Shown in pieces: positions 54,514-64,000 of a stretch of 64,000 nt of DNA. This stretch comes from Ginglymostoma cirratum (lineage: Eukaryota). Where the stretch lies: the NCBI GenBank assembly GCA_024137785.1, contig JAHRHZ010000084.1, positions 7,155,573 through 7,219,572 of the forward strand, in the 5' to 3' direction. How positions within the stretch are numbered: position 1 is the stretch's first letter; every line of letters begins with the position of its first letter. Under the pieces are notes generated by a model. It saw only the letters and a list, made by a program, of their open reading frames with translations, had not been told where the DNA came from and did not search any database. Both the position numbers and the translations under genes were made by a program.

Positions 54514-55250
54514 CAAGTAATTGTGGGAGTCGGTGGACTTGTAAAGAATATCATTGTTTAGCGTATGCCCAGAAATAGAAACAGACATGTCAAGAAAGGG
54601 AAGGCAGGAGTCAGAGATGGAGTAGGGAAAGATGACAGCATGATGGAAATTGAAAGTGAAATTGATCTTTTTTTTTCCAATTTTGGATGCAGCACCAATG
54701 AAGGCATTGATGAAACAGAGAAAAGATTGTTGGCACAAACCTGATTGGGATCGGTGCAAGGAATTTTCCAAGTACCCTAGCCTGGTATAACAAAACACCA
54801 TGCAGGTATACTTGGACAAATGTATGATCTGAACAATGTGAGAGGTTTTAAAGGAGAAGTTGTTCAAACTGAGGGTCAGTTTGGCCAGGCAAAGAAGGGT
54901 GGTGGTGCAGGGGAACAGTTCTGGCTTTTTTTTTTTCTCGAGAAAGAAGTGGAGAATCCAAAAATGATCCAAATGGGGGATGAACAGGTAAAGGGATTTC
55001 ATGTCCATGGTGAATATTAGGCGTTTGCTGCCATAAAGTGGAAATTCTGAAACTGATGTAAAGTGTCGCATGACTCATGGATGTAAGTTGGAAGGGACCC
55101 GAGAAGTGGAGAAAACATTGAGTCAAGGTAGGAAGAGATGAGGTCTGTTTGGCAGGATCAGTCAGAAACAATGGGTAAGCCTTGGTAGTACTTTTGATGG
55201 CTTTAGGGAAGAAGGTAGAAGAAATGTCCAAAGGTTGGTAGACTGTGAGT
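54514..55250 (-). mobile_element. Penelope-like RT remnant
   Basis: IFTMDMKSLYLFIPH, LSLNNFSF, LPFLD and YKSTDSHNYL in ORF 54511-55071. Confidence 0.8.
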
Positions 55251-55269
55251 TAGATGGCTGTGGGGCAGT

Positions 55270-56040
55270 GGTGTTGGTTACCATATCCCCAGCCCATTGA
55301 CTTCCTCCCTCTTCACTATTCAAGCCTCCAGACATTCCTTCAAAATAGATCAGTGATGTACTTATGCTTCACTCATTCCACTATACTCTCTTCACTGTTC
55401 ACAATGTGGGTTCCTGTACAATGGGGAGTCAAAACATAGAATGGGCAAACTGCTTTGCATAAAACCCTAATTGTGTCCTCAAAAATGGCGTTGAGCTTCC
55501 AATTGCCTGCCACTAAAATGCACCACCATGTTCCCTGGCCAGAATTTCTGTCTTGGGCCCGTTGCAGTGTTTCTGCGGGCCTCAGTGCAAGACAGAAGAT
55601 GAGCATCTCATTTTCTGCTTGGGAATCTTGTAGCCGTCAGGCCTCATAATATAGTGTTCAATAATTTTAGACCATGAACACCTTCTTCCATGTCATTTTC
55701 CCACCCTCACACCCCAGGTCCTACTGATGACGTGAGCCACTAATAGCACAGTCAATCCACTTCCATCGAGTTATGATCTCTGTTGTCAGCTTTTCTTTCT
55801 TCTTGGCATGTTGTCATCCATTTCTTCATATGTCTAAATGTTGTTCTCGCTCTGACGGCTCGATCCCTGCATATCCATTCACACCTTTCACCACCCGACA
55901 CCCCATACCTTCAATCTCTGTCTTGGACATATATACCACTTTTTCCGAGCTGCTATCGGTTCTAAAGAAGGCTCTCGGCTTCTGTCTCCACGCTGCTGCC
56001 AGACTGACTGAGTTTCTCTTGCAATTTCTTTTTCTGATCC
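55270..56040 (+). mobile_element. Penelope-like GIY-YIG and 3' remnant
   Basis: Degenerate similarity to 5170-5900; its 3' portion is paralogous to 2295-2880. Confidence 0.7.
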
Positions 56041-56306
56041 ATGTGTTCTTATGTGCTTTATGTGGCTGGATTGTGTTTGATAATGGTCCTCGGGAGCGCA
56101 TTGAACACTTTGTCATATCCATTGTAATTCTCATAAGCATATGATACATTAAAATAAAAGGGATCAGTCCCTATTCACATTTGTTTGACATGATCATCGT
56201 CATTTACTCTTTGGCAGCTCGTCCTCCTGCGCCTGATCCATGATTCTTTGTGTCTAAATATCGCTGTGTTCTGCAGTTTCTTATTGAAATGTTATTGTTC
56301 TTGTAG

Positions 56307-56405
56307 GTAAAGAATATCTACTGATCTGTAGATGGGCAGGTGGCATGCTGGTAATTTTACTATTGATAATCATTTTGACAAGACTCGAGTTAAAGACATC
56401 TGCTG
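56307..56405 (+). CDS. Copy B exon 4: transmembrane exon (GKEYLLICRWAGGMLVILLLIIILTRLELKTSA)
   Basis: Acceptor TTGTTCTTGTAG, donor CTG|GTAAG, 99 nt, phase 1-1, hydrophobic stretch, conserved in copy A. Confidence 0.85.
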
Positions 56406-57492
56406 GTAAGAACTACGGTTATTTCATTGAATATTTTTAATTGCCCATGAACAACCAATTATCCTTCTTTAAAGACATACAGAGCATAAGAATTGTGATG
56501 AACAGTCGAGGATTAGTCAGCACTTGCCTACATCTTTAAAAAATGAAATTGGCATCACAGACCGTTATGTGAAAGGCAATTTAACATGACAATATAAACC
56601 AGATTTACTTTACCACCTCGTTCTAACAATTTATTCGATTTATACACGAAGTACCAGATCTAAAAATAGCAGTGCAAGTGTGTTCATTCCTAACGAATAT
56701 CAAGGGGGTTAACCTGTTTATCTTTACCCTCAGAACTCCCAACCAATTTCACAATACAAACAAGACTGTAAATTCGTCGTCCCACAAGAGGAAAAGTCTT
56801 CAGGTGTGATTAGCACCAAGGCAGGATGGGTAAAATTAATAAACTCCATTCTGAGCTGTAACACTTCGTATTTCAATTCACTCGTCTTGCTTGTGCACTC
56901 AATTCATTATTGCCACAAACATTTATATGAGTTAAAAGCACAAGGAGTCCATTCAACTCCTCCAGATTTTCCATCATTTAATAAGCCTATGGCTGACCTG
57001 ACAGTGTTTGGAATTCCACATTCCCAACTCACCATAAAAACTTTTTATTTCCCCTGTCTAACGGGAATCTAGATACTTGTACTTTTAAAATATTCAATAA
57101 TGCTACCACCACCATCTTGTGGATCACAGATTTCCAATCTGTCACAATCATCTGAGTCAATAAAAAAAACCTCCGCAACTCTGTCCATAAATGTTAACCT
57201 CTAAATGGTACACTGTATCCCTTGGTTTGGGATGCATTCATGAAAGAAAGCATTCATTCTACGTCCATCAGGTCAAAATGGTTCAGGATCTCATACACTG
57301 CAATCTAGATACCCCACACTCTTATAAACTCCAGTAGAAAGAATCCTAGACTATTCAACTTATCTTCATAAGACTACCCGCTCATTCCAGGTGTCAATCA
57401 AATAAAACCTCCTCTCAATCAGGTCAAACATTTTTAAATTGTCATATCTGCGTTTTTATAACATACATTCAATGTAAGTTTATTTCTTTCAG

Positions 57493-57536
57493 GTGTTAGG
57501 AGACATTCTGTGGAAGTGGATGAATCTCAGCAGCCG
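57493..57536 (+). CDS. Copy B exon 5: cytoplasmic exon (GVRRHSVEVDESQQP); gene continues downstream
   Basis: Acceptor TTTCTTTCAG, donor CCG|GTAAGT; length and splice sites conserved in copy A. Confidence 0.78.
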
Positions 57537-57979
57537 GTAAGTTGACCATATTTCTTCACATGAAGATCAGTTAGGATGGAATAGCAAGAAATACTGCAAT
57601 CATCTAAGAGGATTAATTAAATCATAGACTAAGGGAGGCTATTAAGGCTGTATAGGTTTTTGAAAACAGTTATTCAATCAGACCAGTTCTTCATTCTTTG
57701 TCCACATTCCTATATTTCGGCGTTTTTAAGGAAATGTCTCCTTCCTAATTGAAATTTCCATTAACTCTGCTTCTTCCATAGATTCAGGAAGTGAATATTA
57801 AAGTACTGCAGACGTTCCAACAAAAGCTTTCCTTATCTTCCCATGATTTTCTATATAGAATTTTAAATGTGTCCTCTAGATACTGGCAGATAAACAATTG
57901 AAAACATACTTAATAAAAAGAACCAAAAGAACCGTTGATTCTGTAAATCAGAAAAAAAAAGACAGATATTTCAGTATCC

Positions 57980-58520
57980 TCCATTGTCTGTCTTCAGCAG
58001 TGAAAATTCATACCAGGACATCCTGGTTCACTCTTTCTTCAGTCCCAATACACCCCGCCCCTCACAGCCCCATAGCACCTTGCACCTGCAACCACCGAAG
58101 GTGCATTGCCTGCCTATTTGCCTCATCCCTCCTCAGTATCCAGGGGCTGAAACATACCTTCCAGGTGATGCAGCACTTTACCTGCACTTCTCACAATCTA
58201 GTCTGCTGCATGTGCCACTCACGGTTTGGTCTCCTGTGCATTAGGGAAATAAAGCTTAGACTGGGTGACGGCTTCACAGGACAACTACAGTGGGACCACA
58301 AAAAAGACCCTGAGATTCCAGTTGCCTGTTACTTAAACAGACCACCCTGCTCCTGGGTCAGCATCTCTGTCTCAGGCTTGCTGCAGCGAAGCTCAAAGCA
58401 AGCTGGAAGAACAACATCTCATTTTCTGCTGTGGAACCTGCAGCCGTTAAAAATAAATATTGAGTTCAATAATTTTATGGCATGAACTCTCCCATGTCCT
58501 AGATCCCCACCACAAACATA
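57980..58520 (+). mobile_element. Penelope-like GIY-YIG remnant (paralog of 5050-5600)
   Basis: FTCTSHNLVCCMCHSRFGLLCIREIKLRLGDGF...NIEFNNF. Confidence 0.8.
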
Positions 58521-58525
58521 AGGTC

Positions 58526-58800
58526 TTTTTTGAATCCCTGCAGTGTGTAAAGAGGCGCTTTCGCCCAACAAGTCTGTACTGACCCTCAGAGTATCGCACC
58601 AAGACCAATCCCCCTATAACCCACATAGTCTACGCATTCCTGAACGCTATTAGCAGTTTAGCGTGCCCAATCCCCCTATCCTGTACATCTTTGATCTGGG
58701 GAGAATGTGCAAAAGCCGCACAGACTTTCGTTCAAGACAGGAATCGAATCCAGGTTCTTGGCGCTGTGAGGCAGCAGTGCAATACAGTGAACCACCATGA
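58526..58800 (-). mobile_element. HE1-type SINE specific to copy B
   Basis: Minus strand reads TGGTTCACTG...CTGCCTCACAGCGCC...GGATTCGATTCC; absent at the paralogous site about 5600. Confidence 0.75.
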
Positions 58801-59064
58801 CTTGTTATCACACAGTCTGCAATTGCACACAAACTAATGTTAGCCACTAACAGTCTCTGTTAAGGCTATTCATCCTGCCTGCCAGATGATAGCCTTTGTT
58901 TGTCCAACTGTTCCCCTCTCTCTTTGGGCACTGTCACCACCTATTGTTTACTATTTACCCCCTCACCACCCTTTTTATAGTATTTAAAACAGCATTTTCC
59001 GAGCTGCCATCAGTTCCGAGGAAGGACCAACAGCCCCAAAACATCAATTTTGATTTCTCTCTAA

Positions 59065-59369
59065 ACACAGTTTAAAAATAAGAGGTGGGCCATTTAGAAC
59101 AGAGTTGAGAAAAAACTTCTTCACCCAGAGAGTGGTGGAGAGATGGAATGCTCTGCCCCAGAAGGCAGTGGAGGCCAAGTCGCTGGATACTTTCAAGAAA
59201 GAGATGGATAGTGCTCTTATAGATAATGGAATCAAGGGTTATGGGGATAAGGCAGGAACAGGATACTGATTGTGGATGATCAGTCATGATCATAATGAAT
59301 GGTGGTGCTGGCTTGAAGGGCCGAATGGCCTACTCCTGCACCTATCGTCTATTGTCTATTGTCTATTGT
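59065..59369 (+). mobile_element. Short 5'-truncated CR1 copy with CTATTGT-repeat tail, specific to copy B
   Basis: About 96% identical to 54227-54513 by manual count; the empty site is visible at about 5860 in copy A. Confidence 0.92.
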
Positions 59370-59939
59370 CTTCACAGATGCTACCAGACCTGCTGAGCTT
59401 TTCCAGCAACTTCTGTTCTTGTTTCTTCAAACATACTTTTTCACTTTATTGAAACTCCTCATTATTGTGAACAACTTTAACAAGCCACCATTGTCTTTCT
59501 CTGTCCTGGGCAAAACAATCATAAATTGTCTATTGTACTCAGGGTAAATAAAGTTCCTCATACCTGATACTGTTCTAGGAAATCTCTTCTGCACTCTCTT
59601 CTGGCTGTTAAATTGTTCCTGTCTAAAGATTCTGAATGAGGTAAACGCAGTCCCTACTTCTTTACCCTGCCCATAGTTTAAGAAATAAGTACAACACTTT
59701 GCAGTGCTTTGGTAATTAACTCGGACTTTCATTCGAACTATTAAATTATAAAGGAAGACGCACTTTTGACTCTGAACCTTTATAATTCAAACTGTTCAAA
59801 ATATTGAACTTTTCCGCGTGCCTAGTTGCTAATTGGAAACACTTGTACAGCACAATCTGAGAAAGTATGATAACCGTCGATAACTGACGCTGGGAACTCC
59901 AAATGCTATGCTCTATGTCTAGTTTCAAGTTTAAGCACA

Positions 59940-62830
59940 TATCCTCAAAACTGAGAAGAAACCTGGCGTGGTTGGAGAGAATGAAGTTGTCATGGGATCC
60001 AATGATATAGGTTCAACAATGATTGATGCTTTGCTGAGAGCGTTTTAGTTTTAATGCCCAAATGCAAACGCCAAAAATATCAGGTCATATCTCTGGATTG
60101 TTCCCGGAGCATGTGCCATTTGGCACAGGACGCAGCGGAATAAACATATCAGCACACGACTCAAACTATGCTGTTTAAAGAAGGGCTGTTGATACTTTGT
60201 GAGAAAGAAAGCCGTTTAGTTTTGATGGATACTGCTTAAGCTGAGTGGGACTAGTGTCCTGGGCAATTGTATAACAAGAGTTGTAGTCAGGTATTAAAAT
60301 AGTGGAGAGAGGAAACAAGATTTGTCTATCCAAAGAAATAGAATAAGACATCAAGACAATAGAACAACGCAGTGATATGGGATAAAATAAAAACACAATG
60401 CGACTGTGAGTTTAACATTTGTTCTGTGAGTTTAGCATTTGTTCCGTCTGTGAATAAAGTCATTGCAGGGGTGAGAAGTACAGCAGTGAAATTAAAGGCT
60501 CTTTTCTTCTAAGTGCATGAAGCAGCTTTTAAAAATTGTGTTAATAACACAAATATAGGTATTGTAAAAAGTTTTGACTTGATCATGATGAGTAAGATAT
60601 GTCTACAAGGTAATAAAGATTGGGAACTAAATAATCCAGGGTACATGAATTTGAAAAGGAATTCAGAATTACAAAAGAGGAGGAAGGTTGTGATAATAAG
60701 GGAATACAATAACATAAGTAAGAAAATCACAAAACAGAATCACTCTCCGTGGTAAATGGAAGCATCATGAGTCAGAAAATGGCAACGGGAGCAGTTTGTA
60801 GGATCCATAACTGAAAGTATATTGTGGACCAAGAAATGAACTAAGAGTTTGGAGTTGCTCAAAAACAAGAGATACTAAGCACGGGTGAGTTTAACCATTA
60901 TATAAGTTCCATCAATTAAACTGGTAAGGAAGATCTGGAAGAGAATTTTGTAGAAGTCTTTCTTGTGGCAGTTTCATGCAGCAATACAGTTTATAGCTGA
61001 GTCTGAATGAAGTCATCATAGATTTAATGTTGTATAATTAGATATTATTAATTAATAATGTCACAATGTAAGGTCTGCTGTAAAGTAATGATCTTAAACA
61101 CATTGAATTCTGTGTTAGGTTGCAAAATTGTAGTCACAAGCAAGAATTATAAACATAAATAAAATCAATTAATCAGCATGAGGCGAAAATAAGTTAATTA
61201 TATAATTAGACTGACAATTAAATGCGCAGTTGAAAGGATTTAAAGACACAATTCAAAATACGAAATGAAATTTAATTCCTTCAATAATAAAAACTGAGCA
61301 AAAACTTCATCCATGGATTACTCAGGAACGTAAATTTTGTTTTAGATTTTAAAAGGAGTTTCATATTTTGCAAACAATGTAAATGAAACTGAAAACTGAG
61401 GGTTCCTCAAAAACTAAGAAGAAACCATCAAAAAGTTGGTAAAGTGGGAAATAATGAAAATAAAATAGCTAAACCTATAAAAGCAGGTTGTAAATCATTA
61501 TTAATTATACAAAAACAAATAAGCTTGCAGAAGTAAATATTGGTATCTCAGGAGAGGAAATAACAGAAATTTTCACAGATAAAGAAGAAATCTATGCTAG
61601 CTATGTTCCAACAAAATTTCTTATTTGCAAAAGCTTTCACAGCAGATTTGGAGCTGGAAAATGTTAGATCAATTTCAAAGATAAAGAAAGAAAAAAGATG
61701 GAACTGAAGGGCAGTTAGCCCAACATTCCTTAATAAAATTCTGCAAAATATACCTAAAAGCCTGAACAATGCAGTTAGAAATGTGCAGTATGATTAGAAT
61801 AAGTCAACATAGTTTGACAAAAGACAAGGCATGTTTGACAAACATTTTAGAGAGTTTGGAGGCTTTATCTGGCAAGGTAGAAAAAATGGTGTATCAGGAT
61901 TTCGAAAAGGCACGCAAGAAGGTCAAGGTAAAGCTAAGAAGTGATGGAATTCAGGTTATTATATTAGCATCGATTGTTTAACGTACAAGAAGCAAAGAGT
62001 GTGTGCAAATTAACATTCTCAAGTTGGCAGGCTGTCATTAATGCATTCAAGGATGTGTGCCACTTACAATCTATTGAAATTCTTCAGATTAGGAGACATA
62101 AAGTATCATATGCACATTTCCTGTCGATACAAGCTAGATGAGAAGGTATATAATCGAATGAAGGGTTCTTCAGTTGAATGTAGCAAAATTTGGACACAGG
62201 TTTGATGTATTCATGATATGAAGACGAAGAAACAGCTATGATGTAATAGACATTACGGAGATATGGTTACAAGGTAACCAAGACTAGATTTTGAATGCTA
62301 AAAGTTGTGTGATATTACAATATGATAGCAAAAAAAGCAAAAGCGTATTGTTGGCTCTGTTAATAAATGAGTGATCTGTAAAGTCATGAGAAATCACCTC
62401 TGTTCTGAAAATAAATATGCAATAATTGTGTGGATGCACATAAGAAATGGCAAGGAGAAGTTACAAATGAAAATAGCTTAGAGCTCACTGAACAATAGCT
62501 ACTTTTCAAAAAAAGAACTCGTTAAATGCTGTGAATGGAAAGAAGAGTACTGCAATAGTTATGGGTGATTTTAATCTTAATACAGAATGGACGCGTCAAA
62601 TTTTCAGATTTAAATACTAATGATCAGAGAGACGTGGCTACACATCTACAAGCAACAAAGAAAGTTAACATGCTGATACCACAAGGTGTTAGGAAGTTTA
62701 ATGACACGTTGAATTTTATTTTGAGAGGCTTAGAGGAAAAGGAATAAAAAAGAAATATTTCTCCAATTAGGCCAGGCTTTGGTGAGGAAAGTCTATAAAT
62801 AGTGTGCTCTTTGCTTTCAACATTTAAGGA
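59940..62830 (+). mobile_element. Very old degraded CR1 (partly shared with 6440-7830)
   Basis: Degenerate WELNNPGY, SQHSLTKDKACLTN and YQDFEKA motifs. Confidence 0.6.
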
Positions 62831-64000
62831 AGGATGAAATAAGAAGAGGAATTGCTAGAGAAACATTTCAGAAGAAAGCTAACCCTACTTTCGCTCTACA
62901 ATGCTGGCAGACCTACTGAGTTTCCCCAGCAATTTCTGTTTGGTTTCAGAATTCCAGCATCGACATTTCTTCTTTTTTTTTGTTTAAGGTAGAATGCATT
63001 TAAATTGAAGAATGCACAGTGAACTTTCAGTAAGTTTAAGCTTGAGACGAGGTTGGCGTCCAAGGATGAGTAGCTGAATAAATTCAGGCCTTATTCTTGG
63101 ACGTTTCAAGGAATGGGGGGCTATTGGACTTGGTAAGCAGTTCATAGACTGTTCTACGAACAATATTTTGTGGAACAGAATAATTTAGTACAGGCATTTG
63201 TTGAATGAGAGCAGCTGTTTGATGATGTTGCAATAATCAAAGCCAGCAGGGAAATTAATCATAACTAAAAGGATTTTCACATTCTGCTAGAAACTGAAAA
63301 AAAGATGTGTCTAAAACTTAAAGAAATGACAATTGCAACAATTCGAAGACAGAATTGGCTAAGTTGTACTGTTAAGATATCTCAGACGGAAAGACTGTGA
63401 AAAGCAGTAAAACACATTGAAACTCTTAATAAAGGTATATTCCATCGAGAATGAACGCGAACAGCATAGATCAACCGCAGCGAAGTAAAGAAATGAATAG
63501 GTCCTTACGAAATTCTTCTGCTTGCTATTTTCATTTAAGCATTAACCTACTTCTTTAAATAGGTAACAATAGCAGACAAGCATCTTTCATGTCAAGATTC
63601 AACCAGAAAATTATCATCATATAAAGGTGGAGAAGGTCAAAACACGGAGAGAAACCAAACCATGAAGTAAATTCGTTAAAACGGATATTTTTGTTGTTGT
63701 GTGCAAACGGCTTGGGTATTGGAATACAGAATCAAATTTCAGAACTTGTTGATGAAACCTGACTTGGAAACAAAATATGATAGCAACGTTTTATAACAGG
63801 ATATAGGCTAGTGTGTGACGAGTGTAATTTAGCAAAATGGAGATGATGAATTGTCGCGTATTGGGAAATAGAGAAAACAACACAGGCTTATTGGTGCCCT
63901 TCTAAAGAGGGTGCAAGAACAGAAATGTGCAGAAGGTGCTTATGAAGCAATCTTCAAAAGTGGCAGGACATAATATTTGTCAAACCTTATGTTTTCTTGA

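Larger units (their letters stand above)
41447..64000 (+). repeat. Second unit of the tandem segmental duplication (paralogous to 1 to about 13000)
   Basis: Colinear blocks: 1-2293 with 41447-44327; 2295-7830 with 55455-61595; 12612-12990 with 63460-63970. Confidence 0.92.

Noticed and set aside
56218-56306. Upstream AG acceptor (also 3298 in A) as a connecting-peptide exon
   Set aside because: The phase-1 frame hits TGA after 8 codons in B; the downstream acceptor gives the clean TM exon. It could at most yield a secreted isoform, for which I have no evidence.
1-64000. Prokaryotic systems (CRISPR arrays, operons, IS elements)
   Set aside because: The sequence is intron-rich vertebrate DNA; the repeats are dispersed retroelements, not regularly spaced repeat-spacer units.

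Overview
Eukaryotic, repeat-rich vertebrate DNA. The repeat content (CR1 LINEs with SGNH-esterase ORF1, HE1-type tRNA SINEs, Penelope GIY-YIG fragments) suggests a cartilaginous fish such as a shark; this is an inference. The main feature is a tandem duplication (offset about 41.4 kb at its 5' end) of a spliced immunoglobulin-superfamily receptor gene on the + strand. Copy B (42220-57536 and continuing) is intact in every exon I can see: leader, V exon with a germline-joined J-like G strand, C1 exon, transmembrane exon with an Arg, and a short cytoplasmic exon. All junctions are GT-AG and phase-compatible, and no RSS is visible, so it looks like a non-rearranging antigen-receptor-like VJ-C1 activating receptor. 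Copy A (739-4612) is a pseudogene with three nonsense codons and has lost the C1 exon through a deletion of about 11 kb that leaves V spliceable in frame to TM. The rest is mostly retroelements: a full-length CR1 with its 3' 3.4 kb precisely inverted, a second near-full-length CR1, a young CR1 with a 626-aa open RT ORF, a solo LTR with a 4-bp TSD, SINEs, Penelope remnants, and very short elements with hammerhead-like cores and 13-16 bp TSDs. There is a 400-N assembly gap at 15161-15560. I could not identify the 3'-terminal exon(s) of either gene copy. All alignments and counts were done by eye.
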